Positions 51,151 to 63,023 of a DNA stretch of 64,000 bases are shown in pieces (positions within the stretch are counted from its first letter, which is position 1; the number at the start of each line of letters is the position of its first letter). The notes under the pieces were generated by a model. That model did no database searches. It was not told the DNA's origin and saw only the letters and a program-made list of their open reading frames with translations. The stretch lies in assembly GCA_965112155.1 (NCBI GenBank), contig OZ218101.1; one strand, given 5' to 3'. The DNA comes from Podarcis liolepis. Its lineage: Eukaryota. The translations under genes were made by a program, and so were the position numbers.

Positions 51151-54100
51151 TTAAAGTTCATATAACTTATAAAACTTTTGCAAATAGTCCTTAAATTTTT
51201 TCCAATCCTCCTCCATTGCTTCTTCTCCCAAGTCTCGGATCCTGGCAGTCATCTCGGCCAACTCCATGTAGTTCATCAATTGCGTCTGCCAGTCTTCCAG
51301 TGTGGGTAAATCTTGAGTCTTCCAATACTTAGCGATAAGAATTCTTGCTGCTGTGGTAGCATACATAAAAAACGTTCTATCCTTCTTTAACACCTTTTGG
51401 CCGACAATGCCCAAAAGGAAGGCCTCTGGTTTCTTAGGAAAGGTGTACTTAAACACCTTTTTTAACTCATTATAAATCATTTCCCAGAAGGCCTTCACTC
51501 TTGGACAGGTCCACCAAAGATGAAAGAATGTCCCTTCAGCCTCCCTGCATTTCCAACATTTATTATCAGACAGATGGTAAATCTTAGCAAGCTTGACTGG
51601 GGTCATGTACCACCTGTATACCATTTTCATAATGTTTTCTTTCAAGGCACTACATGCCGTAAACTTCATACCGGTGGTCCATAACCTTTCCCAGTCCTCA
51701 GACATGATATTATAGCCAATGTCTTGAGCCCATTTTATCATGGCTGATTTAACTGTCTCATCCTGAGTATTCCATTTAAGCAGCAAGTTATACATTCTCG
51801 ATAATACCTTGGTCTTTGGTTCTAACAACTCTGTCTCAAGTTTCGATTTTTCCACCTGGAATCCTGTTTTTTTATCCTGTTTAAAAACCTCATTGATTTG
51901 GGCATAGTGAAACCAATCTTGCACCTTACCTTTTAGTTTTTCGAAACTCTGCAACCTCCAATTATCTCCGATATTTTCTATTATTTCCCAATATTTCGGC
52001 CAGCCGGCTTCCATATTGGGTTTTTTCCGAGCCTTGGCCTCTATTGGTGATAGCCACCTCGGAGTCTTACTTTCCAATAAGTCTTTGTATTTTTTCCAGA
52101 CCAAAAATATTGCTTTTCTGACAATATGGTTTTTGAACATTCCAAATGTTTTTGCCTTGTCATACCACAAATACGCATGCCAACCTAACGAGTTGTTAAA
52201 GCCCTCCAGATCTAGGACATCAGTGTTTTCTAACAGAATCCAATCTTTCATCCAGCAGAAGGCGGCAGCTTCATAATATAACCTTAAGTCCGGCAGGGCA
52301 AACCCCCCTCTTTCTTTTGCATCGGTTAATATTTTAAATTTTATTCGGGGCTTTTTGCCCTGCCAAACAAATTTCGAGATATCCTTCTGCCACTTTCCAA
52401 AACATTCCACTCTGTCCACGATCTGCAAGGCTAGAAACAAAAACAACATCTTTGGCAAAACGTTCATTTTTATAGCTGCGATTCGGCCTAACAAGGATAA
52501 TTTCAATCTTGACCAGATTTCTAGATCTTTTTTAACTTCTGACCAACATTTCTCATAGTTATCTTTAAACAAGTTCAAATTTTTAGAAGACAAGTTAACC
52601 CCCAGGTATTTCACTTTTTTAACAATGTTTAAGTCTGTTACCTTCTGGAACCCATCTGTTTCAGAAGATGTCAAATTTTCCCCTAGTACCTTGGTTTTTT
52701 GTTTATTTAACTTAAATCCCGCCACCCGACCAAATTCTTGAATCAATTCTAGAACTCTTTTTGTACTAGATTCTGGCTCCTGTAGTGTTAAAACCAAATC
52801 ATCTGCAAATGCTTTCAGTTTATATTGTTTCGTTCCGACCCGTATCCCCTGTACCTGCCGATCCTTCCTAATCATATTCAGCAACACCTCCAGGACCGAG
52901 ATAAATAATAGAGGGGATAGGGGGCACCCCTGTCGTGTTCCTTTTTCAATATGAAACTCTTCTGTCACCACATTGTTCACTATCAACTTGGCCTTTTGTT
53001 GTGAATAAATTGCTTCTATTCCATTCTCAAACCCCCGTCCCACTCCCATCCCTTCCAAATTTCTCTTCATAAACTTCCAAGAAATATTGTCAAAGGCCTT
53101 CTCTGCATCTATAAAGATCAGCACAGCTTTGGTGTTAATATTTGTTTGAAGCAGTTCCAAAATGTCAATAATGTTCCTGGTATTATCAAACAAATGCCTG
53201 CCTGGGAGAAAGCCTGCTTGGTCCTTATGGATTACTTCATTTAGTACTTTTTTAAATCTATTTGCCAAAATGTCTGCAAATATTTTATAATCCACATTCA
53301 GGAGTGAGATGGGACGGTAGTTCTTAAGTTGAGTCTTTTCAGTTTCCACTTTAGGAATCAATGTGATGAATGCTTCTTTCCACGTTTCTGGTGCCCTCCC
53401 TCCCCCCATAATCTGGTTGCAAACCTCCATTAATGGTTGTATCAAGTAGTCTTTTAATGTCCTATAATACTTGGAGGTAAGTCCATCAGGGCCTGGAGAT
53501 TTGCCTAGTTGCATATTCTGAATGGCATCCTCAATTTCCTGTTGTGTTATTTTACAGTTCAAGATTGATCTCTTTTCTTGAGATAGTTCTGGTAGGCCAT
53601 TATCTTTTAGAAATTGTTCTATTTCAGTCGCTTCCTCAGGGCCTTGGGTATAAAGTTTTTTGAAATATTTCTGGAAACACTTTCTAATTTCTCCCGGTTT
53701 CTGGATGTTTTTCCCTTCAACTTCTAAGTTGGTAACATAATTTAATTTTTGTCTCTTTTTCAACTGCCAAGCTAGCAGTTTCCCACATTTGTTTGCAGAC
53801 TCAAAAGATCTTTGTTTCATTTGTTTAATTTTCCATTCCACTTCTTGGTTTATCAATTTCGTATATTGTGACTGGTGGAATTTAATTTCTCTTAAAGTCT
53901 CTTTGGATTTTGGATTCAATCTTAATTTTTTCTCTCCGTCTCTTATCTTCTCTAATATCTTATCCTTTTTTCCATTCCAAAGTTTTTTCTTGATCGTATT
54001 CTGTTGTATCAGAAACCCTCTCATAACAGCTTTACTTGCGTCCCAGATTATTCTTTTTTCCACCGAGGTATTCAAGTTTATTTCAAAGTAGTCCTTTAAA

Positions 54101-54891
54101 GCTTTTTGGGTCTTCCTTACAATCTCTTGATCTCTTAACAGGGTGTCATTCATTCTCCATCTGAAGGAATCGGCTGGAGTAAGTCTCACTTCCATTTTCA
54201 AAGCATTATGGTCGGAACAGGTCTTTGGGCAGATTTCCACTCTTATAGTCTTAGGTGCCAGCCCTCTAGTTGTCCAAATTTGGTCGATTCTTGTCCATGA
54301 TAGATGGGCCTCAGAAAAGAAAGTTCCTTCTTTACCTAAGGGGTTTCTTGTCCTCCAGATATCGATCAGATCCATATTGTCAGTTAGTTCAAAAAAAGTT
54401 TTTGGTAGTCTACCATCTTTAGTTAAGTTCTGGTTCTGTGACTTATCCATGTAGGTAGAGACCACCCCATTCATGTCTCCCATCATAATGATGTTGGAAT
54501 AATCCAGATAGTCCAGTAGTATCTCATGCAGCTTCTTGTAAAATTCTGATTTCCCCTCATTTGGTGCGTAGATTCCTAATATCAGGATTTTTTCTCCTTG
54601 GGTTTGTATTTCAATTGCCAAAATTCTTCCTTGTTCATCTTTGAACAAAAATTTCGGTGCTAGGTTCTCCTTTGCGTAAATTACCACACCTCTCTTTTTA
54701 ACTCTGTCTGATGAAATAAATTCTTGGCCTAGTCTTTTGTTAATTAAAACTTTCCTATGGAGCCTAGTCACATGGGTTTCTTGCAAGCAAATTATATCCA
54801 GATGTTCTTTTTTGAGAATATGAAAAATCCTTTTGCGTTTTTCCGGGGAATTTGCGCCGTTAATGTTCCAACTGTATAGCTGCAGAGACAT
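51151..54891 (-). CDS. L1 ORF2p: APE endonuclease, reverse transcriptase, C-terminal cysteine-rich knuckle (1246 aa)
   Basis: APE motifs SWNING, LQETH, GDMN, RIDQIW, SDHN. RT motifs SPGPDG, YRPISLLNVDYKI, DAEKAFD, GTRQGCPLSP, FADD, KYLG. C-terminal CWKC-x8-HLWWTC. No internal stops. Confidence 0.97.
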   Translation of the reverse strand: MSLQLYSWNINGANSPEKRKRIFHILKKEHLDIICLQETHVTRLHRKVLINKRLGQEFISSDRVKKRGVVIYAKENLAPKFLFKDEQGRILAIEIQTQGEKILILGIYAPNEGKSEFYKKLHEILLDYLDYSNIIMMGDMNGVVSTYMDKSQNQNLTKDGRLPKTFFELTDNMDLIDIWRTRNPLGKEGTFFSEAHLSWTRIDQIWTTRGLAPKTIRVEICPKTCSDHNALKMEVRLTPADSFRWRMNDTLLRDQEIVRKTQKALKDYFEINLNTSVEKRIIWDASKAVMRGFLIQQNTIKKKLWNGKKDKILEKIRDGEKKLRLNPKSKETLREIKFHQSQYTKLINQEVEWKIKQMKQRSFESANKCGKLLAWQLKKRQKLNYVTNLEVEGKNIQKPGEIRKCFQKYFKKLYTQGPEEATEIEQFLKDNGLPELSQEKRSILNCKITQQEIEDAIQNMQLGKSPGPDGLTSKYYRTLKDYLIQPLMEVCNQIMGGGRAPETWKEAFITLIPKVETEKTQLKNYRPISLLNVDYKIFADILANRFKKVLNEVIHKDQAGFLPGRHLFDNTRNIIDILELLQTNINTKAVLIFIDAEKAFDNISWKFMKRNLEGMGVGRGFENGIEAIYSQQKAKLIVNNVVTEEFHIEKGTRQGCPLSPLLFISVLEVLLNMIRKDRQVQGIRVGTKQYKLKAFADDLVLTLQEPESSTKRVLELIQEFGRVAGFKLNKQKTKVLGENLTSSETDGFQKVTDLNIVKKVKYLGVNLSSKNLNLFKDNYEKCWSEVKKDLEIWSRLKLSLLGRIAAIKMNVLPKMLFLFLALQIVDRVECFGKWQKDISKFVWQGKKPRIKFKILTDAKERGGFALPDLRLYYEAAAFCWMKDWILLENTDVLDLEGFNNSLGWHAYLWYDKAKTFGMFKNHIVRKAIFLVWKKYKDLLESKTPRWLSPIEAKARKKPNMEAGWPKYWEIIENIGDNWRLQSFEKLKGKVQDWFHYAQINEVFKQDKKTGFQVEKSKLETELLEPKTKVLSRMYNLLLKWNTQDETVKSAMIKWAQDIGYNIMSEDWERLWTTGMKFTACSALKENIMKMVYRWYMTPVKLAKIYHLSDNKCWKCREAEGTFFHLWWTCPRVKAFWEMIYNELKKVFKYTFPKKPEAFLLGIVGQKVLKKDRTFFMYATTAARILIAKYWKTQDLPTLEDWQTQLMNYMELAEMTARIRDLGEEAMEEDWKKFKDYLQKFYKLYEL

Positions 54892-54915
54892 CCTGTATCA
54901 ATCTGTTGTTGCTTT

Positions 54916-55962
54916 TTATGGGGTATCTTCTTTCTTGTCCAAATCCGAGGGTGCTGGTTCTTTCCCTGGTTGTGGTGGAGGCCAGGAAACTGCTGTTCCC
55001 TTCTGTAGGTCCTCTCCGTGGTCGTGTAGGAACTTCTGGCTATCCTCTCTCGTTTTGATTTTAACCTTCTTTTCTTTGTAGTTAAATGATAGACCTTGTG
55101 GAAACTCCCACCTGTACGGTATCCCGTTGCTTCGCAGAAGTCCAGCTAGGTCAGTGTAGTTGGCTCTGAGGTCCAATAATTGTTTAGGGATATCCTTGTA
55201 GATCTCTGCTCTTTTGTCCTGGATCTCAAGTGATTTATTAAAATGAAGGTCTAGAATTTCGTCTCTCTCCTGTTTGGTCCTTAAAATAATCAAACAGTCT
55301 CTGGGCCTGTCCTTCCTGGCGACTCTTCCCAATCTGAACGCAGTTGTTATTTTAAAATCTTTGTCTTCGTTTATACCCCAGAATTTAGAAAATTCTGACG
55401 TCAGATAGCCGATCAAGTCTCCTTTCTCAAGCTCCGGGATAGAGCGTAATCTTAAATTATTTTCTCGATTCCTCAATTCCACCATAGACAGATAGGCCTG
55501 CTGGTCACTAATATGCTTGTGAAGTGGCCTTACCTCTCCTTTCAATTCGTCCACTTTCTGAATTGCTTGGTCAGCTTTCTCATTTGCAGCCTCAGCCAAT
55601 TTCCGGTTCTCAGAAGTGGCGTCTTTTAAGTTCCCAATTGTTTGTGAATGCTGAGCCACTTGTTCAGATAGTTTAGTAATTGAGGATGTGGCTAAATCAT
55701 TTTTTGCTGTTTGGTCGTCAACCTTCTTATTTAAAATTGCAAATTGCTGTAACATTTCATTTAGAAGGGTGCCAGATCCCCCTGCTGCCATATCCTCAGT
55801 TGTTGGCTGTTCAGCTTCCTTGGATGGAGCTGTTGTTGAAGGTACAGCTCCCTGTAGGACAGCAGGGACTGAAGATCTGCGAGACTGGGAAGTCAGAGTT
55901 GTTTGTACAAGTTGGCCTTTCCCTGCTTTCGTCGCAGCTCTTGTTTTTGGATGGCCACTCAT
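54916..55962 (-). CDS. L1 ORF1p nucleic-acid chaperone (coiled coil, RRM, CTD; 348 aa)
   Basis: Ends 24 nt upstream of ORF2. Heptad-rich region, then RNRENNLRLRSIPE (cf. L1 RxxNLRxxGIPE), RPRDCLIIL, IYKDIP and YRWEFP, resembling L1 ORF1p RRM/CTD motifs. Confidence 0.92.
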   Translation of the reverse strand: MSGHPKTRAATKAGKGQLVQTTLTSQSRRSSVPAVLQGAVPSTTAPSKEAEQPTTEDMAAGGSGTLLNEMLQQFAILNKKVDDQTAKNDLATSSITKLSEQVAQHSQTIGNLKDATSENRKLAEAANEKADQAIQKVDELKGEVRPLHKHISDQQAYLSMVELRNRENNLRLRSIPELEKGDLIGYLTSEFSKFWGINEDKDFKITTAFRLGRVARKDRPRDCLIILRTKQERDEILDLHFNKSLEIQDKRAEIYKDIPKQLLDLRANYTDLAGLLRSNGIPYRWEFPQGLSFNYKEKKVKIKTREDSQKFLHDHGEDLQKGTAVSWPPPQPGKEPAPSDLDKKEDTP

Positions 55963-56549
55963 ACCACAGCTGTCTATGAGTCAAGGTCAAGCTGTCAAAT
56001 ATTCCATGGGAAAGACAGACTCCAGAGTAGATAACACACCAGTAGAGAGTCAAAACAAAGTTGGTTCCCAGGGATTTGTAAATCCAAAGCTCCACTAGGT
56101 GGAGTGTTGTTACAGTTCAGAAAGAAAAGAAGAAAGTTTGGGTCGCCATTAAAGTTCCAGCAGACCATAAGATTAACCAAAGTCCTTAAAACTTTTCCAC
56201 TTGCAGAGCCCTTTCAAAACTGCCACATAAGTCTCATCTGAGGGTGCAAGATACAGTTGCTCAATTGTATCATCCAATATAGCCTCTAAATATCTATTTC
56301 ACTTTTATAATTTGTATCCGCAAGCAGCCCTTTTCCCCTGCCAGCCCGAGGCTGAGTTTTAAAAGTTTTGAAGTCCACCAGAGGAGAAGGTTTCCAAATT
56401 GTATTAGCACATTAGCATAGATAAAATACAGAAAACTTGCCTTTCCTTTCAATTGCTAGGTCCTCCAGACGCATGCTTCCCAATTTAAAGTCCCTTTCTG
56501 TTGCTTCCAGCCTGTCAGTTCCTTTGTCTTTGATCTCTAAACACTGCCG

Positions 56550-56955
56550 GGAGACGGACTTCCTTTTTCTCGTCCCCCGCTTTCAGCCGAATTTATAATT
56601 TGTAGTTCCCAAATGAAATGTTTCTTACCCACGAGTAAGTAGTTTAGAGTCCAAAATTCAAGGAAGAAAGGTCGGCGCTCATCAGCAGCAGCCGTGCGGC
56701 TTCGCTCCCGCAGAAAGAGCGATGTACTCTCAGCACCGCTTCCCCTCCGCGCTTCCGGAGCCCCTTACGGGGTCCCTTCTTCGTTTTGGGGGTCGCTCCA
56801 GGTGCCCGCCGAGTCCCACGGCCACGAGCTCGATCTGCTCGTGGTTTTTCTTGATGGATAGTCGCTGTGCCGTAGCGAACGATCCTTTCCTGCGGAGCCC
56901 CTCTTCAGAGACTGAAGAGGACCGCCATTGCTTATTTCGCGCCGCCTCCGGAAGT
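56550..56955 (-). promoter_or_regulatory. Putative internal Pol II promoter of the L1 5'UTR
   Basis: Strongly CpG-rich relative to the window. Element begins ACTTCCGG (ETS-type motif) with CAATGGCGG (YY1-type motif) ~26 nt downstream. Confidence 0.6.
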
Positions 56956-59213
56956 ATAATTTTTCTTTTTTAAAAATGGAAACTTTACTTTGATGCAGAA
57001 TTATGGCAACTCTACTATGCAACACAAACACTTTGTATAAACCACAAGATCCATCATTTTATGGGCCATTTTGCACATGCATGCCGACTGCCTCCCCCCT
57101 CCCCCCCAGGTGAACACAGTGCCCTTGGCTATGGGAAAGAGAGGTGCAAAGTGTAACAGAGGGCCATCTCATACAATATAGCAGAACCAGTTAACCAGGA
57201 TGGGTTCACACAATGCATTTCAAGCTGGGAAATCTTAACAGTCAGGAGGAATTATATAGACAGGGGGAAAGAGTGTCACCATCTGTGAACTGGACTTTAA
57301 GAACATCAGAACCAGCTGGAGGGGGAAAAAAATCAGTGCCAAAAGAAGTGAAAAGGGATCACCTGCGCCCGAAAAACAGCCATGCACACAATGGAAGAGT
57401 TCAAGTAGACGGAAACACTAAAAGATTTCTGTAAATTATTATTGTGACTGATTATTTTATAGTGCTGCAGGCAATCATGGTGGTTTATAGAACTAAATAG
57501 CCTGCAATGTCTAGAGAGTATATAGCACAGCTGTGGTGGTACAGTTAGTGGAGGGTATAAGCTAAATATCATTTGTCCATGCTCAGAAGCATAATTGCTT
57601 TTGTCCTAAGTGGTTATTCTTGTGTCACTTTAGATTATTGTCCCCTTTGCCTTTCTAGAGCACAACACAGCTTCAAGCTGAAATGATAGCAGTACTAGTT
57701 CTAGAATGATTCCATTTAAACTGAATAACATTGCTGAGGCGTTCATTAGCAAAAGCAGTTTAGACCCCTCATATACCAGCAGAAACTAGCAATTTTCTTG
57801 GGAAGAAAAATCATTGAAGATTTGACAGTGACACTTTTGTGTCCAATGATAAAGAAACTTGAGCCTGTTTTGTAAGTGATATCATATTTTAATGTTTAAA
57901 AACAGCTTCCAGTTACTAATATTTGGCATACATGCGTTGTGATAACATTATAACAATACAAATGATTTGGGCTGTGCAGTTCTTAGCCAGAGGCTCCCAA
58001 ACATTTTCAGCAATGTCCATGAAAGGAGCCCAGAGCTACCCCTCAATAATTTTTCATTTCATTTATTTATTTGCTTTCATCTATGAACTGCTTCTGGTAA
58101 AACATCATAAAGCCCTTTTAGAATAAGGACACCAGTGATTAGAAATAATTAAGATCAATTCCATATATACAAACAATTTCAAATACAGCACAGAAAAACG
58201 CTGGGATACAGATCTGCACTTTAAAAGCTGGTAGAAAAAGGGAGATCTTCAATAGGTGCCCAAAAGACAAGAGAGACAATGCCTCTCTGATGTTCTCCAG
58301 CTTCAGTTCTAGACAAGTAGTTTGTATTCTTTGTGTGTTTGAAAATAATAAAGGGGGGGAAACTCCCCAATTTTGAAACTGACCCTCTTATACCTTTATT
58401 TTTAAAAAATATCATGTTTGTAGTGTTTAGCCTATTTACTGGGCTTGGTAATGTCATCTCAAAGTGAAGCGGCATTACTCTGATTTTTATATATTACAAA
58501 TGACATCAGCCTGGAAAACTGGAAGAGAAACTTCACCAAATATCTGAAGGCACTCCCAGGGATGGGGAAAAATGTGTCAATTTCAGTTTCTTGTTGACAT
58601 GCCCTGCTTGCCCTTTCAAGTGAATGTGGAAATAGTGAGGCTTTCAAGTGCATTTGTGAAACATCATCATAGAAGAATGAGTTTAAAAGCAGAGGCTGGA
58701 TACTTCTCTCCTTTTTTTTATGTGGTTCCTATTTTAAACGGTAATACTGCTTTGTAAGTTGATCTGCACTCCTAATTAAAAGCACTTCCGCTGACTGAAG
58801 ATCATTGGCTGAATCTGAATATGTTTTATAAGTTAAACCTATCTAGTCAGAAGCACTAAGTTTAATAGAGCTCACACACAGGAAGCTATGCATAGTGTGG
58901 CCTGTTCCAATCAACTGGGAATTGTGCTATGTACTGTTTGTCAACAACAAATTGTCACTGTTTTTTGTGTTGAATATATGCAATATGGTAATTAATGGAC
59001 CTAATAGGTATCTAAAGCCATTTGCCATGCAACCAGTTCATGCAGAATGTAGGTGCCCTATATATAGAAATGAGCAAACCAGTGATATTTTAGGGAGCAG
59101 GCTAGCAGGCAGGGCCCATTATTTACAGCATAGAAACCTACACAACACAAAACACTGCTCCTATATGTAGGTTTTATTTTATTTGTTTTTTTATCTTATA
59201 TTTTGGAAATGTA

Positions 59214-59531
59214 CAGTGGTGCCTCGCAAGACAAAAAGAATCCGTTCTGTGATTCTCTTCGTCTAGCAGTTTTTTCGTCTTGCGAAGCAAGCCCATTGAC
59301 GGATTAGCGCTATTAGTGCTATTAGCGGCTTTTAGCAGCTTATCGGATCAGCTGATAAGCGGCTTAGCGGCTTAGAAAAAGGGGGGGAACCCGCAGGAAC
59401 TCACAAGACATTTTCGTCTTGCGAAGCAAGCCCATGGGAGATTCGTTTTGCGAAGCACCTCCAAAATGGAAAACTCTTTCGTCTAGCGAGTTTTCCGTCT
59501 TGCGAGGCATTCGTCTTGCGGGGCACCACTG
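59214..59531. mobile_element. Tigger-like MITE nested in an older hAT-like element (~59080-59629)
   Basis: ta|cagtggtgcctcgcaagac ... gtcttgcggggcaccactg|ta. The right flank ends in gtaaatccagccctg. Confidence 0.85.
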
Positions 59532-60854
59532 TACATCCAGTTTTTTCCCCTTTAATTTTTTTTGGGGGCCCCCAAGAGAGTGGGGCCCCAAGCTATAGCT
59601 CGTTTAGCTTATATGTAAATCCAGCCCTGGTGTCTATGTCTGTGTTTAAGTACAGATCAATGTAGCTTCATGCATTTTTGGATACTCTTTGGCAGTGTAG
59701 CCTGTGATGATAAGTTCCCGCAGCTCAAAATTTGCCACATCACTGCAGGCAGGTACACACAGAGCAGAGCACTGCTCTGAATCCCTGGGAAACATTCTAA
59801 ATGCCCAGACATTAAGATGGGGGGGGGGATATTGCTCCTCCTCACAATAAAAGTGAGAATGTTTTGGTGGTGTTCATCATGTCAGGGTAAGTAGTAATAC
59901 AATGAAGCATTGCCTTTTGGGAGACTGGCGACTCCATGGAAGGGAGGCAAGAGTGATAGATCTGCATAAAGTGAACAATAGCTTGTCTATGGAAATTTGC
60001 ATTCTCTTCCATCATCTCAAGGATAAAATCTGTCATGTGCCATATACCCCCCACCCATGAGGAATGATGTGCTGTTTCTTTTGGAAACATGCATGCATGC
60101 CTGTACTTATTGAGCTGAATTAGATGCTTGATAAAGGAGACAAAGTGATAGAATTATACGGTTCCCTCCCTGATTTTGACCTACATATGTGTCTTAGCAA
60201 CTTACTCTTAAAGAAGAACTGTGATTTTGTTAGTTTCAAATAGATGGGAAATTGGTAGAACATTCTCTGGGAAGGTTTCATTGTGCCTGGCGCATACAGC
60301 AGGGCTTCTGAGAGTCTTTCTTCCTCTTCAGGGTATAGCCCTCTAGCTGGGGGGGAAAGAAGTTCTGAATCTCAGGAGCACTTGCAGTACTCATTTCTGA
60401 CACTGCGGGGAGGAACCCAGGCATAGTTTGTTTATTTAAAATTATTTATAAGCTACCAGATTTTATTTTATTTTTTAGAAAATTTCTAAGCACTGTATAA
60501 CATAAAAACAACAAATAAATCAAATATATAATGTAAAGTGAGTAAAACTTTATACCAATATCCCTTATCCCCCCCCCATGAGTGAATTTCTTCTTGATTA
60601 CTAAGCTTAGCCAGAAATGTTTGCTGTGGGACTTTGCCAAAACCATTCAGAAGTTCAGAAACATGAATGTTGACCAGATTGTACCTGTCTCCTTGTTCCT
60701 TGACACTCAGAGAATTTTAAAAGGCTGGTGAAATAATATTTATCTTAAATTGGTGAGCCAGTGGACAGGACCAGAAAGCATAATCATGCTGTGCTTAGAG
60801 AAGCTGATCCCCACCAATACTACTCCTCAACGCAGCAAAGAACTCAGATGCAGG

Positions 60855-61202
60855 TAATAATAATAATAATTTATTGATACCCTGCCCATCTGGCTGGGTT
60901 TCCGCCGCCACTCTGGGTGGCTCCCAACAGAATATTAAAAATACAATAAAATATCAAACATTTAAAACTTCTCTAAACAGGGCTGCCTTCAGATGTCTTT
61001 GAAAAGTCAGGTAGTTGTTTATTTCCTTGACATCTGAGGGGAAGGTGTTCCACAGGGCGGGTACCACCACCGAGAAGGCCCTCTGCCTGGTTCCCTGTAA
61101 CTTTGCTTCTTGCAGTGAGGGAACCAGCAGTAGACTCTCAGAGCTGGACCTCAATGTCCAGGCTGAACGATGGGGGTAGAAACACTCCTTCAGGTATACT
61201 GA
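60855..61202 (-). mobile_element. L2-clade LINE 3' end, same family as 1660-2103
   Basis: ORF 60954-61235 is very similar to 1688-1975 (RAFSVVVPALWN, HLKAALFREV). (TAA)n tail at the left. Confidence 0.85.
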
Positions 61203-62960
61203 AGAAGTGTCTGTGCTAGGGAGATGCTGAATCAAGCTATGTTTAGTCTTGCTGAGGACACTGGAATGAGATAGCTATTAATTAGATTTGTTGTTGTTAG
61301 AGTTGTTATGAGAACTACATTTCTGTAGCTCCCAATAGCTGAAGCCTTTTGGTTATAAACTTGTATTGATTTCATTCCAATTCTCTGTTTATTTACTGGG
61401 AAGTAAATCTCACTAAGTTCATGGAGGCTAACTCCCTAGTACAAGTTCATATGATTTCCACTTTTGTCATTACTAACATTGGCTGGAGAGATTTTTCACA
61501 TTCCTAATGGATGGAAAGAGCAGTGAGCTAAGGCATCGTATGATTGATCAGCTGATATGCTCTGGGGTCATGCAAATTTGTTTGTTTCTTTTTCTACCAT
61601 ATTTTGCTGGGTGAGATTTATGTCACACATGCCTCTTCTTCAGCCTGAACCTTTGGAAATGAGCTATATATTACTGAACTGTATTAAGTTTTCATTGATA
61701 AAAGCTATTTTATGTTCAGGAGAATTGCCTTGTAGTATAAAATGTAACTAAATGGAGCATTATACCAAACTTATGATTTATATCCTTGCCATTTATAATC
61801 ATTAAGGTACAAGGTTTTAAAGAATTATCACTCTGGCTGGAGGTTGCCAAAAGCTAAAAGTTATAGGAGTTGATTTGCCCTTTGCCAGCATTGCAGCCTA
61901 GTGACAGCATAGAAAACAAAATGGCGCTGCGTGTCAATGGCAATGTCATGTGGAAGGACCATATCACAATGAAGAGCAGCTACTTTGGATGCAGAAGGTT
62001 CCAAGTTTAATCTTTGGACTCTACTCATTAGAACAGATGGAATGTGATATGAAAGGCCCATGGAGAGCAGCTCAAAGTGCAGAGCAGACAATACTAGTCT
62101 AAATCGAAAAATAGTCTGATATGGTATAATGATGCACAAGGTTGGGCAATATTTAATAAATATTATGGTGTTTAGGAGGGGACATATCCCCCCTGAAAAT
62201 GGAGTAAACGTAGCACACATTGGAATTGCAACTCTCTCACATGGACAGACCTTGCGTTCCTGTTTATTTTAAACACAATTTCAAGGTGTGTTACATTCAA
62301 TCAATTCAAAACCTTTCTAAACCACCTAATATTTTAAAAAATCTCTGAGGTTGCATGCACACCATACACCTAAAGCACATTCTTTCCTTCCAGTAATTCT
62401 GGGCACTGTTGCTTGCAAAGAGTTGCTTAGAAATTACAATGCCCATAATCATTTGGGAGTACTTTAAATATATGTATGTATGCAGTCTAAGACTTCCTCA
62501 ACAGCTTCCACATATTTGACTAAATGCTGACATAGGCCCAAAGGCCTATTGACCATTGACTGGAAAAGACAGCTTCAGAACATTACTGGGAGCAGAAAGT
62601 CATAAATATGTTCTTCAGCCACTGGAGCTATTGGAACATATGCTGCTTAGATTTTAGTTGTTCTTTATGTTTGGAAGAAATGGGATTTTAAAGTGTTTCA
62701 AATTGGATATATCATGCCAATATGTGATTGTGGTATACTTTAGAAGGGGTGAATATAAATCACACAGATAAACATATTAACACAATGTAGCTCAGAAAGA
62801 TGGCTGTCTGGTGTGAAGTTTTATGACCCCAAAGCTTGCTACCAGGAATTTATTCCTTACAGATTGTGAAGAAGTGCATTTTTGTGTTAGAGTGTTAACT
62901 ACTTGCCTTTTCCAGAATCCCATTCATTGTAATGGCATTGAAATTATTATAACACTCTGT

Positions 62961-62978
62961 GTAGTAGTAGTAGTAGTA

Positions 62979-63023
<45 letters not shown>
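62961..63023. repeat. Compound (GTA)n(ATA)n microsatellite
   Basis: Read directly from the sequence. Confidence 0.95.

Larger units (their letters stand above)
50768..56955 (-). mobile_element. Full-length L1 (LINE-1 clade) retrotransposon: ~1 kb 5'UTR, ORF1, ORF2, ~380 bp 3'UTR, short poly(A)
   Basis: Two intact tandem ORFs. AATAAA (plus-strand tttatt, 50787-50792) precedes a short A-tail. Perfect TSD ataatttttctttttt at 50752-50767 and 56956-56971. Reconstructed empty site reads TTTT/AA. CpG-rich 5' end. Confidence 0.97.
50424..57010 (+). mobile_element. Copy of the old AT-rich repeat split by the full-length L1
   Basis: 50424-50751 matches 11385-11710, and weak similarity resumes after the right TSD (56972 onward). 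Confidence 0.55.

Noticed and set aside
55688-56973. Antisense ORFs in the L1 5' region as an ORF0 analogue
   Set aside because: 55688-56098 starts at GTG and largely shadows ORF1; 56722-56973 terminates outside the element. Nothing else supports them.
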